From: Candidatus Sigynarchaeum calidifontis
GTDB taxonomy: Archaea; Asgardarchaeota; Lokiarchaeia; Sigyniarchaeales; Sigyniarchaeaceae
Length of the DNA stretch: 64,000 bases
Assembly: GCA_030587475.2 (NCBI GenBank)
Contig: JAUQYZ020000253.1
Coordinates: forward strand, 10,553-74,552
Direction of reading: 5' to 3'
Part shown: positions 18,079-28,459 of the stretch, in pieces
Layout of the letters: each line of letters starts with the position of its first letter
Position numbering within the stretch: position 1 is the stretch's first letter
The notes under the pieces: generated by a model
The model's database searches: none
What the model was told of the DNA's origin: nothing
Seen by the model: only the letters and a program-made list of their open reading frames with translations
Program-made: the position numbers and the translations under genes

Positions 18079-19905
18079 GTGATCGAGGCGAAACTCACGA
18101 GCCAGAAGCTTGAATTCAACCCCGGGAAAGATATGTTCACGAACAGCCGGCAAAAAGGGCCAACAAGGTGGATCCTCTCCCACTTGTTCCACGGCTGGAA
18201 CAAGGCCATCATCGCGGGATGGTTCTTGTTCATATTTACCAGCGCCACCTTTACATCAGGCGTTGCCATCGCCATCGGCCAATCGATCGATGGCTTCATG
18301 TCCAACGACGAGCAAACTGCGCTGGCAGGGGTCATTCTCGTATTCATCTTCGGGATCGGCGCGCCCATCTTCGGGCTGTCGGGAAACATTCTCCGGGAGA
18401 GGCTTGCCCAGCGGGTCGAACAAGAAACGCGCGCCGAGTTCTTCACGAGCTTGCTTGGCAAGGACCAATCATTCCATGACAGGCAAAAGACCGGCGACAT
18501 CATGGCACGGGCCACCGAGGACGTCCGCCTTCTCAACTTCATGGTGAGCCCGGCACTCAGTCTCATCGTCGAGGCGGCGATCAACACGGCTCTTCCCATC
18601 ATTTTAACCATCTTGAATTTCCCGCCCCAGCTCGCCATCATACCGGTCACCTTCTCGATCCTCTTCGTCATGGCCATACGCAAGTACATCCGTGACTTGA
18701 CACCGCCGACCCAGCAAGCTCGGACGGAGTTCGGTTTGATGGACGCGACGCTCAATGACGCGTTAGAAGGGATCGACGTGGTCAAGGCGATGGCCCGGGA
18801 GGATGATGAACGCCAGAAATACATGGTCCATGCTCAGCTCTATCGCGAGGCAGCGATGAAGGAGGGTTTCATCCAAGCCAGATACATCCCCTTGCTCATG
18901 GTAGCCCTCGCCACGACGGCCGGGCTCGTTCACGCGCTCGTGCTGCGCGCGTTCTACGATTTCCAGATCGGCCAAGTCATCGCCTACACGGCGCTGCTAT
19001 TGAACTTGCGGTTCCCGACGTACATCTCGATATGGGCATTCGCCATGGTCCGCGAGGCCGTTTCTGGCGCCGAACGGCTCCTCGAGATAATGAACAAGCA
19101 AACGGCGATCGATCAAAACCTGGCAGGAAACGCCAGGCGCATCGAGGGCCAGGTCACGTTTGACCACGTCACGTTCACCTATCCGGGCTCCACGAAACCC
19201 GTGCTGCGCGACGTCACCTTCGAGGTCGATGCGGGAAAGACCGTTGCCATCGTCGGTACCACGGGTTCTGGAAAGACCACGCTCACCAAGCTGCTCTCCC
19301 GGCTATATGATGTAACTGCAGGGCGCGTGCTCGTGGATGGGATACCGATTCAAGAATATTCCTTGGAGGCTTTGCGTTCCCAAATAGCTTTCATCGAGCA
19401 AGACATCTTCCTCTTCTCCACATCAATCGCGGATAACATATCATTCGGTAGAGCAGGCACGAGGGACGAGATCATCGCCGCTGCGAAGGATGCGATGGCT
19501 CACGAGTTTATCATGGCATTACCGAAGCAGTACGATACCCTCCTGGGGCAAGATGGAGTCCAGCTAAGTGGAGGGGAGAGACAGCGCGTGGCCATTGCCC
19601 GGGCATTCTTGTCGAATCCCAGGATCATCGTGCTCGATGATGCGACGTCGGCAATCGATTCGATGACCGAGGAACATATCCAGCGCGCCATGAAGGGCAT
19701 CAAGGCCGGTCGCACGACGTTCTTGATCACCCATCGATTGTCCCAGATCCGCTGGGCCGATCTCATAGTCGTGCTCAAGCAAGGTCAGGTCGTCGCGAAG
19801 GGCACGCACGAGGAACTGCTGCGCACGAGCGAGGAATACCGGAAGATCTTCGTGAAACGGTTCGACCTCACGGTCGACCAGCTGCTCAAGGCGGGGGAAC
19901 GTTAG
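18079..19905 (+). CDS. ABC exporter half-transporter (TMD-NBD), degenerate Walker B
   Basis: Six TM helices, GTTGSGKT, LSGGERQR, VLDDATS, THRLS. Confidence 0.92.
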   Translation: MIEAKLTSQKLEFNPGKDMFTNSRQKGPTRWILSHLFHGWNKAIIAGWFLFIFTSATFTSGVAIAIGQSIDGFMSNDEQTALAGVILVFIFGIGAPIFGLSGNILRERLAQRVEQETRAEFFTSLLGKDQSFHDRQKTGDIMARATEDVRLLNFMVSPALSLIVEAAINTALPIILTILNFPPQLAIIPVTFSILFVMAIRKYIRDLTPPTQQARTEFGLMDATLNDALEGIDVVKAMAREDDERQKYMVHAQLYREAAMKEGFIQARYIPLLMVALATTAGLVHALVLRAFYDFQIGQVIAYTALLLNLRFPTYISIWAFAMVREAVSGAERLLEIMNKQTAIDQNLAGNARRIEGQVTFDHVTFTYPGSTKPVLRDVTFEVDAGKTVAIVGTTGSGKTTLTKLLSRLYDVTAGRVLVDGIPIQEYSLEALRSQIAFIEQDIFLFSTSIADNISFGRAGTRDEIIAAAKDAMAHEFIMALPKQYDTLLGQDGVQLSGGERQRVAIARAFLSNPRIIVLDDATSAIDSMTEEHIQRAMKGIKAGRTTFLITHRLSQIRWADLIVVLKQGQVVAKGTHEELLRTSEEYRKIFVKRFDLTVDQLLKAGER

Positions 19906-19906
19906 G

Positions 19907-21706
19907 ATGGGCTGGCTCGGTTTGGAGGCGGAGGAATATGACCGCCAGTATAAGGATCGTGCTTTGTTCGCGCGCATCATCGACTACTTGCGCCCGTACA
20001 AGAAACGGGCGTACGCCGTCATCTTGTTCTTGACGCTCTCGTCTGCGGCGAATGCGATCACGCCGCTTGTTTCGAGCATGATCATCAACGCGGTCGACAT
20101 CACCGGGGATCCCGTGGCCATCGTGCTGCTCGTCGTGCTCGCGGCGGCATTGAACGTGACGGGTTGGGCGTTCAACTACGTCCGGCAAAAAAACTCGGTG
20201 ACCTTGCTGAGCGCTGTCGTTCTGGACATGCAGCAAGCCGCGGTCAAGGCATTGTACGGGCAAGATTTTCATTTCTTCGATCGCCAGGCGACCGGGAAAC
20301 TCGTGAGCCGGGTAAATAGCGACACGCGCAATTTCTGGGACATGGCCGAACTCGTGATGGAGACCGCTTCATCACTCGTGATCTTGTTTCTCGTGTTTGT
20401 TCCCATGTTTTTCATCAATATAATACTCGCGAGCTGGCTATGCCTGGTCATTCCCGTGATTTTCATCGTTGCATCGGCTTATCGGAAGATTGCAAGAAAG
20501 CGCACGTTACTCGGGCAACGTTCGCTTGCCCTGGTCAATGACACTGTCCAGGAGAACATCAGCGGCATCCAGATAACCAAGACCTTCAGGCAAGAAGCAA
20601 AGGTGCTCGCCAAGTTCACGAAGATAAACGATCAAGCGTACAAGGTCAACATGCGCAGGGCCATGGTCTTGAACTTCATTTTCCCGACCCTCGATTTGAC
20701 ATGGGGCGTTTTCATCGGGTTACTTGTTTTTTTCGGAGGAAACATGATCCTGGCAAGCGGGCTGGTTCCCGGCGATCTTTACCTGTTCTTGCAGAGTGCC
20801 TGGTTGCTGTTCTTCCCGCTCTTTTCGGTCGCCGCGTTCTGGCCCCAGTTCCAGACGGGGCTTTCTGCCGCGGAGCGCGTGTTCGCAATGATCGATGCGC
20901 CTCGTGTCGTGAAACAAACCGGTAACGTGCCTATCTCCGTTCAAGGACGGATTGATGTCGATCATCTATCATTCGAATACATCGCCGGCAAGAAGATATT
21001 TGACGATTTCTCGGTCAATATTAAGCCCGGTGAATCCATCGCCGTTGTTGGCCATACAGGCGCGGGCAAGTCTACACTTGCCAAATTGCTCATGCGATTC
21101 TACGAATACCAGGGCGGTGAGATCCGGATCGATGGCATCAGCCTTCGTGACGTTGATCTTTCCATCTATAAACGTCAAGTCGGCTATATCCCGCAAACCC
21201 CGTTTTTATGGGCTGACACGGTTGAAAATAACATCAAGACCAGCAAGCCCGATGCCACTCGTGATGAGGTCATGGCCGCGGTCGAGCTGGCTGGCGGCGC
21301 AGATTGGGTCGCAGAGCTACCGAACGGCATCGAAACGAACGTGAGTGAAAAAGGCAAGCTGCTATCTGCTGGCCAGCGCCAGCTCGTTGCCCTTGCACGC
21401 GTGTTCCTCGCGCGGCCGAAGATCCTGATCCTCGACGAGGCGACGGCTTCGGTCGACCCGTTTACCGAAACGAAGATACAAGAGGCATTGCAAAACGCGA
21501 TGCGCGGTCGCACGTCAATCATCATCGCCCATAGGCTGTGGACAGTTCGAAATGTCGACCGTATCCTGGTTCTTGACCACGGACGCATCGTTGAACAGGG
21601 ATCCCACGACCAGCTCATGGCCAAGAACGGAACCTACGCCGCGCTCTATGACACGTATTTCAAGCATCAATCCTACGAGTTTTTAGAATCGATAGGAAAA
21701 ACATGA
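19907..21706 (+). CDS. ABC exporter half-transporter (TMD-NBD), heterodimer partner
   Basis: GHTGAGKS, LSAGQRQ, ILDEATASVD, AHRL. Confidence 0.92.
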   Translation: MGWLGLEAEEYDRQYKDRALFARIIDYLRPYKKRAYAVILFLTLSSAANAITPLVSSMIINAVDITGDPVAIVLLVVLAAALNVTGWAFNYVRQKNSVTLLSAVVLDMQQAAVKALYGQDFHFFDRQATGKLVSRVNSDTRNFWDMAELVMETASSLVILFLVFVPMFFINIILASWLCLVIPVIFIVASAYRKIARKRTLLGQRSLALVNDTVQENISGIQITKTFRQEAKVLAKFTKINDQAYKVNMRRAMVLNFIFPTLDLTWGVFIGLLVFFGGNMILASGLVPGDLYLFLQSAWLLFFPLFSVAAFWPQFQTGLSAAERVFAMIDAPRVVKQTGNVPISVQGRIDVDHLSFEYIAGKKIFDDFSVNIKPGESIAVVGHTGAGKSTLAKLLMRFYEYQGGEIRIDGISLRDVDLSIYKRQVGYIPQTPFLWADTVENNIKTSKPDATRDEVMAAVELAGGADWVAELPNGIETNVSEKGKLLSAGQRQLVALARVFLARPKILILDEATASVDPFTETKIQEALQNAMRGRTSIIIAHRLWTVRNVDRILVLDHGRIVEQGSHDQLMAKNGTYAALYDTYFKHQSYEFLESIGKT

Positions 21707-22048
21707 GTGGACGAACCGAAAAACATCGGATAAGGAGCATCTATCCCGCGTTGTATGCTTCCGCGCAACGTTTATCTCGGTTTTTTTTTGATAATACGTG
21801 AGATTTGATGCGTATAGAATGTCATTTCGAGGTATCGCTGAAAATCCGCAAGTTTCGTGAATTTGTGCCCGTTTTCGGCCATCACGGTGTTGGCGATGAA
21901 GTCGTGCTTGTTACCTTCAAGTCCAGCACCGTTCTTGATCGCGAGTTCCACGTGCTGCTTGAACGGCATGACGATTTTCGTGAACCTATCGGGAACATCA
22001 TCGTAGCAGCAAGAGCACGAGTCCAGGGGCACGAAGACGGTCGCTTTT

Positions 22049-22768
22049 ATGGCGGATCGCGACAAGGTTATAATTCCCCGTGTACCTCTTGATTTTATGC
22101 CTACCGACCAAGAAGAACGCGTCGACCGCGTGATAGAGCTGAACGATGATCTCCTCGCCAATAACGAGTCCTTGGCAAGAAAAAACAGCGATATGTTAAA
22201 AAAACTTGGCATCAAGTCGGTCGACATCGTCGGTGCCATTGGTGCTGGCAAGACGCTAATACTGGAGAAACTGGTAGAAAAGCTAAGCAAGAACCACAAG
22301 ATACTCGTGATCAACGGCGATGTCACGCTGCGGATCGACGCCGACCGTATCCAGAAGCACGGTGCCAAGTGCATCCAGATCAACACGGGGCACGAGTGCG
22401 CCCTTAACGCCTATCACGTCTACACCGTGCTCACGAAACTTCCCGACTTGTCGAAGTACGACTTGCTTTTCATCGAGAACGTTGGTAACTTGATATGCCC
22501 CAGCGACTTCATGCTCGGTTCAGACATGCGCGTTGTTATCGTTTCCGTCACGGAAGGAGAACACGTGATTAGAAAGCACCCGTTGCTTGTCAAGGTAAGT
22601 CAAATATGCTTGATAAACAAGATCGATTTGTTGCCCCACTTGGAAGATGTTAACGTGGATCGCATGAAAGCGGATGCCCTCCAGATCAACCCTAGCTTGA
22701 AGGTCATCGCGACCTCGGCGAAGACGGGCCAAGGCCTCGACGATCTCGTCACGGCCATGCACTTGTGA
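22049..22768 (+). CDS. hypB: hydrogenase nickel incorporation GTPase HypB
   Basis: GAIGAGKT, QINTGHECAL, FIENVGNLICP..F.LG, SVTEG, KHP, INKIDL, TSAKTG. Confidence 0.9.
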   Translation: MADRDKVIIPRVPLDFMPTDQEERVDRVIELNDDLLANNESLARKNSDMLKKLGIKSVDIVGAIGAGKTLILEKLVEKLSKNHKILVINGDVTLRIDADRIQKHGAKCIQINTGHECALNAYHVYTVLTKLPDLSKYDLLFIENVGNLICPSDFMLGSDMRVVIVSVTEGEHVIRKHPLLVKVSQICLINKIDLLPHLEDVNVDRMKADALQINPSLKVIATSAKTGQGLDDLVTAMHL

Positions 22769-22836
22769 GGTCGTTCGTGCATACCCTTCAGAATAAAGTT
22801 GATATTTAAGGAAACGGAAGTATCTTATAGGTAAAC

Positions 22837-22894
22837 ATCGCCGGCAGCCGCCAACCGAGAGGTTGCTGGCGCGGGCGATAGGTTCTTTTTTTTT
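22837..22894 (+). terminator. GNRA-capped hairpin followed by a T9 tract (hypB terminator or SmAP3 leader element)
   Basis: ATCGCC/GGCGAT outer stem, CAACC-GAGA-GGTTG inner stem, T run at 22886-22894. Confidence 0.45.
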
Positions 22895-22926
22895 CGTCCG
22901 ATCTCGTTCAAAGGTGAATTATACAA

Positions 22927-23355
22927 ATGGAATCTCGAGACGCAGTCGGGTACAACAAGGAAATGAACACGATGCTGGAAGCCAAGGTGAAGGTCCAGCT
23001 CAAGCACAAGGAAAATTATTTCGTGACCGGGACATTGAAAGGGTTTTCCCGATCGGATAGCATTTTCCTCATCAACGCCGAGGACACGCTCGGCAACAAA
23101 TACACGAAACTCGTCATTCACGGGTCGGATTGGCTCAGTATTTCCTTGGAAGGAACTCCGTTCCCGATGGAAGGCCTATCCCTCCGCCTAAAAAACGTCT
23201 TTCCACCTGGCCAGGTCAAATATATGCCTGATATCCAGTCGATCTCCGTGATGGGGAAAATAACCATCAACGACAAGGGCGTTACCGGCGAAGGCCCGCT
23301 TTACGAGCGGGTAAAGGCCATCTACGACCAGTACATCACCGAGATAAACAAATAA
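22927..23355 (+). CDS. Sm-like archaeal protein with C-terminal extension (SmAP3/Lsm_C)
   Basis: Sm1 (VKVQL...TGTLKGF...IFLINAED), Sm2 (KLVIHGS), C-domain VFPPGQVKY...GVTGEGPLYERVK.IY..Y. Confidence 0.85.
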   Translation: MESRDAVGYNKEMNTMLEAKVKVQLKHKENYFVTGTLKGFSRSDSIFLINAEDTLGNKYTKLVIHGSDWLSISLEGTPFPMEGLSLRLKNVFPPGQVKYMPDIQSISVMGKITINDKGVTGEGPLYERVKAIYDQYITEINK

Positions 23356-23405
23356 ATCCTTTTCTATCTTATTCTCGTTTCATTTCACGCTTGAATAGTT
23401 ATCCT

Positions 23406-23930
23406 TCATTTTCCAGCGAGCATCGCGCCGTCGAGCAGCTCCTTCACGGGTCGAAGCTGGCTGGCATCACGCCCGGCGATGAGGTCGACGTTCCCGTGTT
23501 CCCTCGTTCGCAACGTGAGCATGAAAAACTCGGTGGTAGCTGGAATTCCCCGGGTCATATATCTCTCCGCCCTGGCATCGATGCTGAGCGATTCAATATC
23601 GGACAAGTCAAATTGCCGCGTTTTCGATATCGGATGGCTCCTGAATGTGGTCATCATCGATAGCATTCCTTCCTTACGATGATAGACGAGATGCCGGCGG
23701 ATGTTAAATGCGATGAAAACAAACACCGACGAGATTAGACCAGACACGGCAAGGGTCAAGATCTTGTTGAAGAGCGAATCGGCGCCAAGGATGATCGCGA
23801 ACAAGACGCATAACAAAGCGCAAAGAGCCGACACGGGTAATATCATCAATCGATTGGATCCGATCGAGAGGTCGAATTCCATCTCGTCATCCCGTTCCAC
23901 CTTGAAGCTGAAGGTTATCCACGCGCGCAT
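23406..23930 (-). CDS. hypothetical membrane protein (2 TM helices plus a beta-rich domain)
   Basis: Two hydrophobic helices; occupies the gap between neighbouring genes. Confidence 0.55.
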   Translation of the reverse strand: MRAWITFSFKVERDDEMEFDLSIGSNRLMILPVSALCALLCVLFAIILGADSLFNKILTLAVSGLISSVFVFIAFNIRRHLVYHRKEGMLSMMTTFRSHPISKTRQFDLSDIESLSIDARAERYMTRGIPATTEFFMLTLRTREHGNVDLIAGRDASQLRPVKELLDGAMLAGK

Positions 23931-24099
23931 GATGCGTCCATCTCGCTCAAACAGGCCTGAACAGGCCTTGCTTTTCTATTCTGCCACCTGGTGTGCCGGG
24001 AAAAGCTCGTGCTCTTCGAGATCATGGCAATTCATACCTATTTAAACCCATAGGGCACGAGCTTGATGCGCCCGTTCCAACTTCAAGATCAAGGCTCGC

Positions 24100-24771
24100 T
24101 CACCAGGGATAGAACGGTACGAGGATGAGGGAGAGCACCGTGCAAAACACGATCCCGACAGCTATTGCCAGGACGAACGGTACGATTCTCACACCCCGCG
24201 TCGCTTGTGGTAGGGGCCATCGCTTTTCCAACCTCCACCAGGATAGCAGTAGCAAGACCATCAAGGCAACTTCTATCCAGATCGCCCATTGCTCGTATCG
24301 AAAATCCGGGAGTGGTGCGAGGAGCACGTCAAGTGGCCAGGTTGTCGTGTGGAGGATCCCCTCCGGAAAGATCCCGGCAAATCCCCGCAACAAGCCCCAG
24401 TCCCACAAGTCAACCAGAATCCCGCCGAACAATCCCCACAAGTACCGTCGATCACGCCGGAGCATCCAGAACAAGAGCGAAGGAGTGAGGATGGCAATGT
24501 TGAGGATCGCCCATTGCAAGCTGCCATCACCCCAGTTGGAGATCGACGGGTGGTACGTAAATCGTGCCATAACATCGAGGAAATGGTGACCAATGTAGGC
24601 GAGGCTGAAGCAAAGCATGGAACGAATGACCTGGAGCACCGGCACGCGCGTGTTCCCCGCGCCGATCTCCCTCGCCAGAAAGGGGTGCACGTCGCTCAAC
24701 CTATCGGGAAGGGCCCGGTACACGCAGAGCACGATCAGTGCCGAGAATGCCAGGTGCGTCACGCCGTTCAT
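24100..24771 (-). CDS. membrane-bound metal-dependent hydrolase-like protein (YdjM-like)
   Basis: MNGVTH, GHHFLD, VDLWD, LH within multiple TM helices. Confidence 0.55.
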   Translation of the reverse strand: MNGVTHLAFSALIVLCVYRALPDRLSDVHPFLAREIGAGNTRVPVLQVIRSMLCFSLAYIGHHFLDVMARFTYHPSISNWGDGSLQWAILNIAILTPSLLFWMLRRDRRYLWGLFGGILVDLWDWGLLRGFAGIFPEGILHTTTWPLDVLLAPLPDFRYEQWAIWIEVALMVLLLLSWWRLEKRWPLPQATRGVRIVPFVLAIAVGIVFCTVLSLILVPFYPW

Positions 24772-24807
24772 ATAAACCGCCCGGTCGTCATTAAAAGGAA
24801 AAAAGAA

Positions 24808-26085
24808 TCACGGGAAGATGCCGCGCAAGATGATCGCCCTCGCGAGGCGTTCCACCGCGAGAATGTATGCTGCGATGCGCATAGGCACTTTCTTTTCTTG
24901 AGCGATGCGAATCACGTCGTTAAATGCCGCCACCATGACCCGACGAAGTTCTTTATTGATCCGTTCGAGATCCCAGAAGTACGCATCCCTATCTTGTATC
25001 CATTCGAAATAACTAACCGTAACACCGCCTGCATTCGCGAGGATGTCGGGAATGACGACCACGCCCTTCTTTGCAAGAACCTCGTCGGCATCGGGGGTCG
25101 TCGGCCCGTTGGCACCTTCCGCGACGATCTTTGCCCTGACCAGCTTGGCGACGTCCGTCGTTATTTGTTTCTCCACGGCGGCCGGGACGAGGATATCGCA
25201 GTCGCAAGTGAGCAGCTCCTTGTTCGTTATCGCTTTCTTCGACCCAGGAAAACCAGCAACGGATCCCGTCTTGTCGACATGTGCATCGAGGGCCTGGATG
25301 TCCAGTCCATCTTCATTGTAGATACCGCCATTGATGTCGCTCACCGCGACGATCTTGCACTTGTGGTGCTGGGCAAGCTGGAGCGCGCAGTTTGACCCGA
25401 CGTTTCCGAAGCCTTGAATTGCTATGCGCTGTTTATCAAGGTCGATGCCTTTTTGCTGGCAATAGGCCTCGATGATGTACATGAGCCCAGTTCCCGTGGC
25501 TGCTTCCCGGCCAAGGGAGCCACCAATGTCCACGGGTTTTCCCGTCACGACGCCGTGAGCAGGCTCGCCCGTGTTCCGGGCGATCATGGCATACGTGTCC
25601 ATCATCCATGCCATGATCTGTGCATTGGTGCCAACGTCCGGCGCTGGGACATCCTTGAGGGAACCTATCATGTCGCTGATGGCATACGTGTATCGTCTCG
25701 TGAGCCGTTGGAGCTCGCTCTTCGACAGTTTCGAGGGGTCGACGGCGATGCCGCCCTTCGCCCCGCCGTATGGAAGGTTCACGACCGCGCATTTCATCGT
25801 CATCCAGAACGCGAGAGCCTTCACCTCGTCCAGGTCGACAGCCGGGGCATAGCGGATACCACCCTTGGTCGGCCCCCGAACGTCGCAGTGCTGGACGCGG
25901 AAGCCGTCGAATACCCTCATCGTCCCATCGTCCATGACGATCGGCAAAGACACGCTCAGCATGCGCTGGCAATGTTTCAGGAACTCCAACGCGTTGAGCC
26001 ATTCCTTATCCTTCGGCAAGTATTTTGCTGCATTCTCGAGCTGGGTTAGTGCCATCTCCCACGCGCTGCGCTTCTCGTCGCTCAT
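24808..26085 (-). CDS. gdhA: glutamate dehydrogenase
   Basis: GFRVQH, GPTKGGIRY, MTMKCAVVNLPYGGAKGG, DVPAPDVGT, IQGFGNVG, EGANGPTT, NAGGVTVSYFEW. Confidence 0.96.
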   Translation of the reverse strand: MSDEKRSAWEMALTQLENAAKYLPKDKEWLNALEFLKHCQRMLSVSLPIVMDDGTMRVFDGFRVQHCDVRGPTKGGIRYAPAVDLDEVKALAFWMTMKCAVVNLPYGGAKGGIAVDPSKLSKSELQRLTRRYTYAISDMIGSLKDVPAPDVGTNAQIMAWMMDTYAMIARNTGEPAHGVVTGKPVDIGGSLGREAATGTGLMYIIEAYCQQKGIDLDKQRIAIQGFGNVGSNCALQLAQHHKCKIVAVSDINGGIYNEDGLDIQALDAHVDKTGSVAGFPGSKKAITNKELLTCDCDILVPAAVEKQITTDVAKLVRAKIVAEGANGPTTPDADEVLAKKGVVVIPDILANAGGVTVSYFEWIQDRDAYFWDLERINKELRRVMVAAFNDVIRIAQEKKVPMRIAAYILAVERLARAIILRGIFP

Positions 26086-26201
26086 GTGCTTTCATCTCGA
26101 TATCGAAAGGTCTTGGTACCTCGCGATCCATTTATCACGGCTCCTTATGAGTGCTTTTCTATCAGTTTTATAATCCAACGTGCGTTTTTCCCGTCGATAG
26201 C

Positions 26202-27218
26202 ATGACGTTTTCCGAGGATCGCGTTGATGCGCCTGGTCTGAAGACATGTATCATCGGAGCAGGCTCCATCGGCAAGCTATTTTGCGGGTACCTCGCTGCG
26301 GCAGGCAATGATGTTCACTTGGTTGCACGCGGTGGTCAATTATCCGACATCGTGTCCCGGGGGATAAAAATTCACTTGCCAGGATCGGATGCAATCATCG
26401 ATGTACCCGAAGTTTCCGTCGTGGATCGCGTGGACAAGATCGCGACTGTTGGCGCGCTTGATGCGATCATCATCGCGGTTAAAGCTTATGATGTTCATGA
26501 TGTGCTCGAATCCATACGGGCAGCTCCTGGCATTGATCTTTCCAGGATAACAATCGTGCTGCTCCAGAACGGCATCGGCATCGAGGAATCAGCTCGTTTA
26601 ATTTTCCCATCTATCCCGATCGTGCGCATCACGACCGATAACGGGGCTTACTCTGGCCAAGGCGGATGGGTAATGCATGCGGGCAAGGGCGAGATACATC
26701 TCGGGTATTGGGACGAGGTGCGGCGACCTGGTTCAGCGGCCACTGACTATCGCCTCCAAGACATGTTCACGAAGGCGGGTTTGCCCGCCACGTGCACGAC
26801 GAATATCAGGGAAAAGGTGTGGCAAAAGTTGATCGTGAATGCCGGGATTAACCCGGTTGGAGCGCTGTTCCAGGTGCGCAATGGCTTGATCCTCGAAATA
26901 CCGGCGCTTCGAAGAATATCGGAGCATCTCACGAGCGAAGCTTTAACCGTCGCTCGCGCGGGAAACTTCATCACGGACTTCGATGGCCAGGCGGCCGTTC
27001 GATCCGTGCTCGAAAAAACTGCCAACAACAAGAATTCAATGTTGCAAGACCGGGAACGCGGCCGCCGCACCGAGATCGATTTCATAAACGGCGCTATCGT
27101 CCGGCACGGGCGCGAGCTGGGAGTTGCGACCCCGTGGAACGAGATGATCATGGAGATCATGCGCGGGTTCGAGGGACTTGCTCGCGAGACAGATAACCCC
27201 ATAAGGTTCCAGGAATAA
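26202..27218 (+). CDS. panE: ketopantoate reductase
   Basis: IIGAGSIG, AVKAYD, LQNGIG, WQKLIVNAGINP, SMLQD..GRRTEIDFING. Confidence 0.92.
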   Translation: MTFSEDRVDAPGLKTCIIGAGSIGKLFCGYLAAAGNDVHLVARGGQLSDIVSRGIKIHLPGSDAIIDVPEVSVVDRVDKIATVGALDAIIIAVKAYDVHDVLESIRAAPGIDLSRITIVLLQNGIGIEESARLIFPSIPIVRITTDNGAYSGQGGWVMHAGKGEIHLGYWDEVRRPGSAATDYRLQDMFTKAGLPATCTTNIREKVWQKLIVNAGINPVGALFQVRNGLILEIPALRRISEHLTSEALTVARAGNFITDFDGQAAVRSVLEKTANNKNSMLQDRERGRRTEIDFINGAIVRHGRELGVATPWNEMIMEIMRGFEGLARETDNPIRFQE

Positions 27219-27250
27219 TTTTTCATAATAACGGGAGGACACCCGATATC

Positions 27251-28444
27251 ATGAAGCTGCCCGAGCGCGGAATCCCACAATCCAAGATCCTGGCCGACAT
27301 CAAGAAGGCCACCGCGCAAGACGAGCGATATCAGACCGGGCACATCCTCGGCTCCATGTGTACTATTCCTCACGAGTTTGCAATCAAGATCGCTTCGATG
27401 TTCCCTGAGAAAAACCTCGGGGACCCCGGATTGTTCCCCGGCACCTCGAAACTCGAGGCGGAAACCATACAAATGATCGGCGACATGCTTGGCGATGAAC
27501 ACGTGGTAGGAAACATCGTGGGAGGCGGGAGCGAGGCAAACATCATCGCGATGCGTGTTGCCAAGAAATATAAAGAAAATTTAGAAAAGCCCGAGGTCAT
27601 CGCGCCCGAAACGTTACATCTATCCTTCATCAAAGCAGCGGAATTGATGGGTTTCAAGCTCCGCACGATCAAGCTCGATAGCAATTTTGAATTCGACATC
27701 GGTGAATTCGAGCGGGCAATCAACGACAACACCATTGCCGTTGTAGGCATCGCGGGCACGACATCTCTCGGGCTTGTCGATCCTATCGACAAAATGGGGA
27801 AAATCATCGAAAGCAAGAACGCGAACATATATTTTCACGTCGATGCGGCATTCGGGGGTTTCGTGCTCCCGTTCATGAGGGATTTAGGACATAAGTTCCC
27901 TGGTTATGATTTTTCAGTCCCGCAAGTCGCGAGCATGACTTGCGACCCGCACAAGATGGGCATGAACATCATCCCGAGCGGCAGTTTCATCTTGCGGGAA
28001 CACTTCTACAAGGACGTGCTCGGGTTCGACATCCCGTACCTTGCAGGTGGTGCATTCAAGCATTTCAACGTCATGGGAACACGTCCAGGCAATGTCGTGC
28101 TCGCATGCTGGGGGCTTATGCGGCACCTCGGCAAGGAAGGATTCCGTGCCGTGGTGTCTGAATGTTGGGAAAACACGCTGTATCTCCGAAAGCGGCTTCG
28201 TGAACTTGAAAGATATGTCGAAGTAGCGCGCGAGCCCGTTATCAACGTTTTAGGCATTAAATCCGCATCAAGCATTCAAATGAATGATATTGATAAAGAG
28301 CTTCGTAAATCGGGTTATTATCTTGGCTTTTTCAAGAACATGAACCCGCCAATCGAGCGTATCGTCATAATGCCACACGTGAAACCCCCCGTTATCGACA
28401 CGTTCATAGATGTTCTCGGAGCTGTCGTGAAAAAATTGAAATGA
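27251..28444 (+). CDS. mfnA: PLP-dependent L-tyrosine/L-aspartate decarboxylase
   Basis: ILGSMCT.PH, NLGDPGLFPGT, GGSEAN, HVDAAFGGF, DPHKMG, GTRPG. Confidence 0.92.
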   Translation: MKLPERGIPQSKILADIKKATAQDERYQTGHILGSMCTIPHEFAIKIASMFPEKNLGDPGLFPGTSKLEAETIQMIGDMLGDEHVVGNIVGGGSEANIIAMRVAKKYKENLEKPEVIAPETLHLSFIKAAELMGFKLRTIKLDSNFEFDIGEFERAINDNTIAVVGIAGTTSLGLVDPIDKMGKIIESKNANIYFHVDAAFGGFVLPFMRDLGHKFPGYDFSVPQVASMTCDPHKMGMNIIPSGSFILREHFYKDVLGFDIPYLAGGAFKHFNVMGTRPGNVVLACWGLMRHLGKEGFRAVVSECWENTLYLRKRLRELERYVEVAREPVINVLGIKSASSIQMNDIDKELRKSGYYLGFFKNMNPPIERIVIMPHVKPPVIDTFIDVLGAVVKKLK

Positions 28445-28459
28445 CCCCCTTCGTTCTTG

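Noticed and set aside
21772-21969. Possible 65-aa minus-strand ORF (MPFKQHVELAIK...) or hypA next to hypB
   Set aside because: No MHE or CxxC HypA motifs; coding status cannot be supported.
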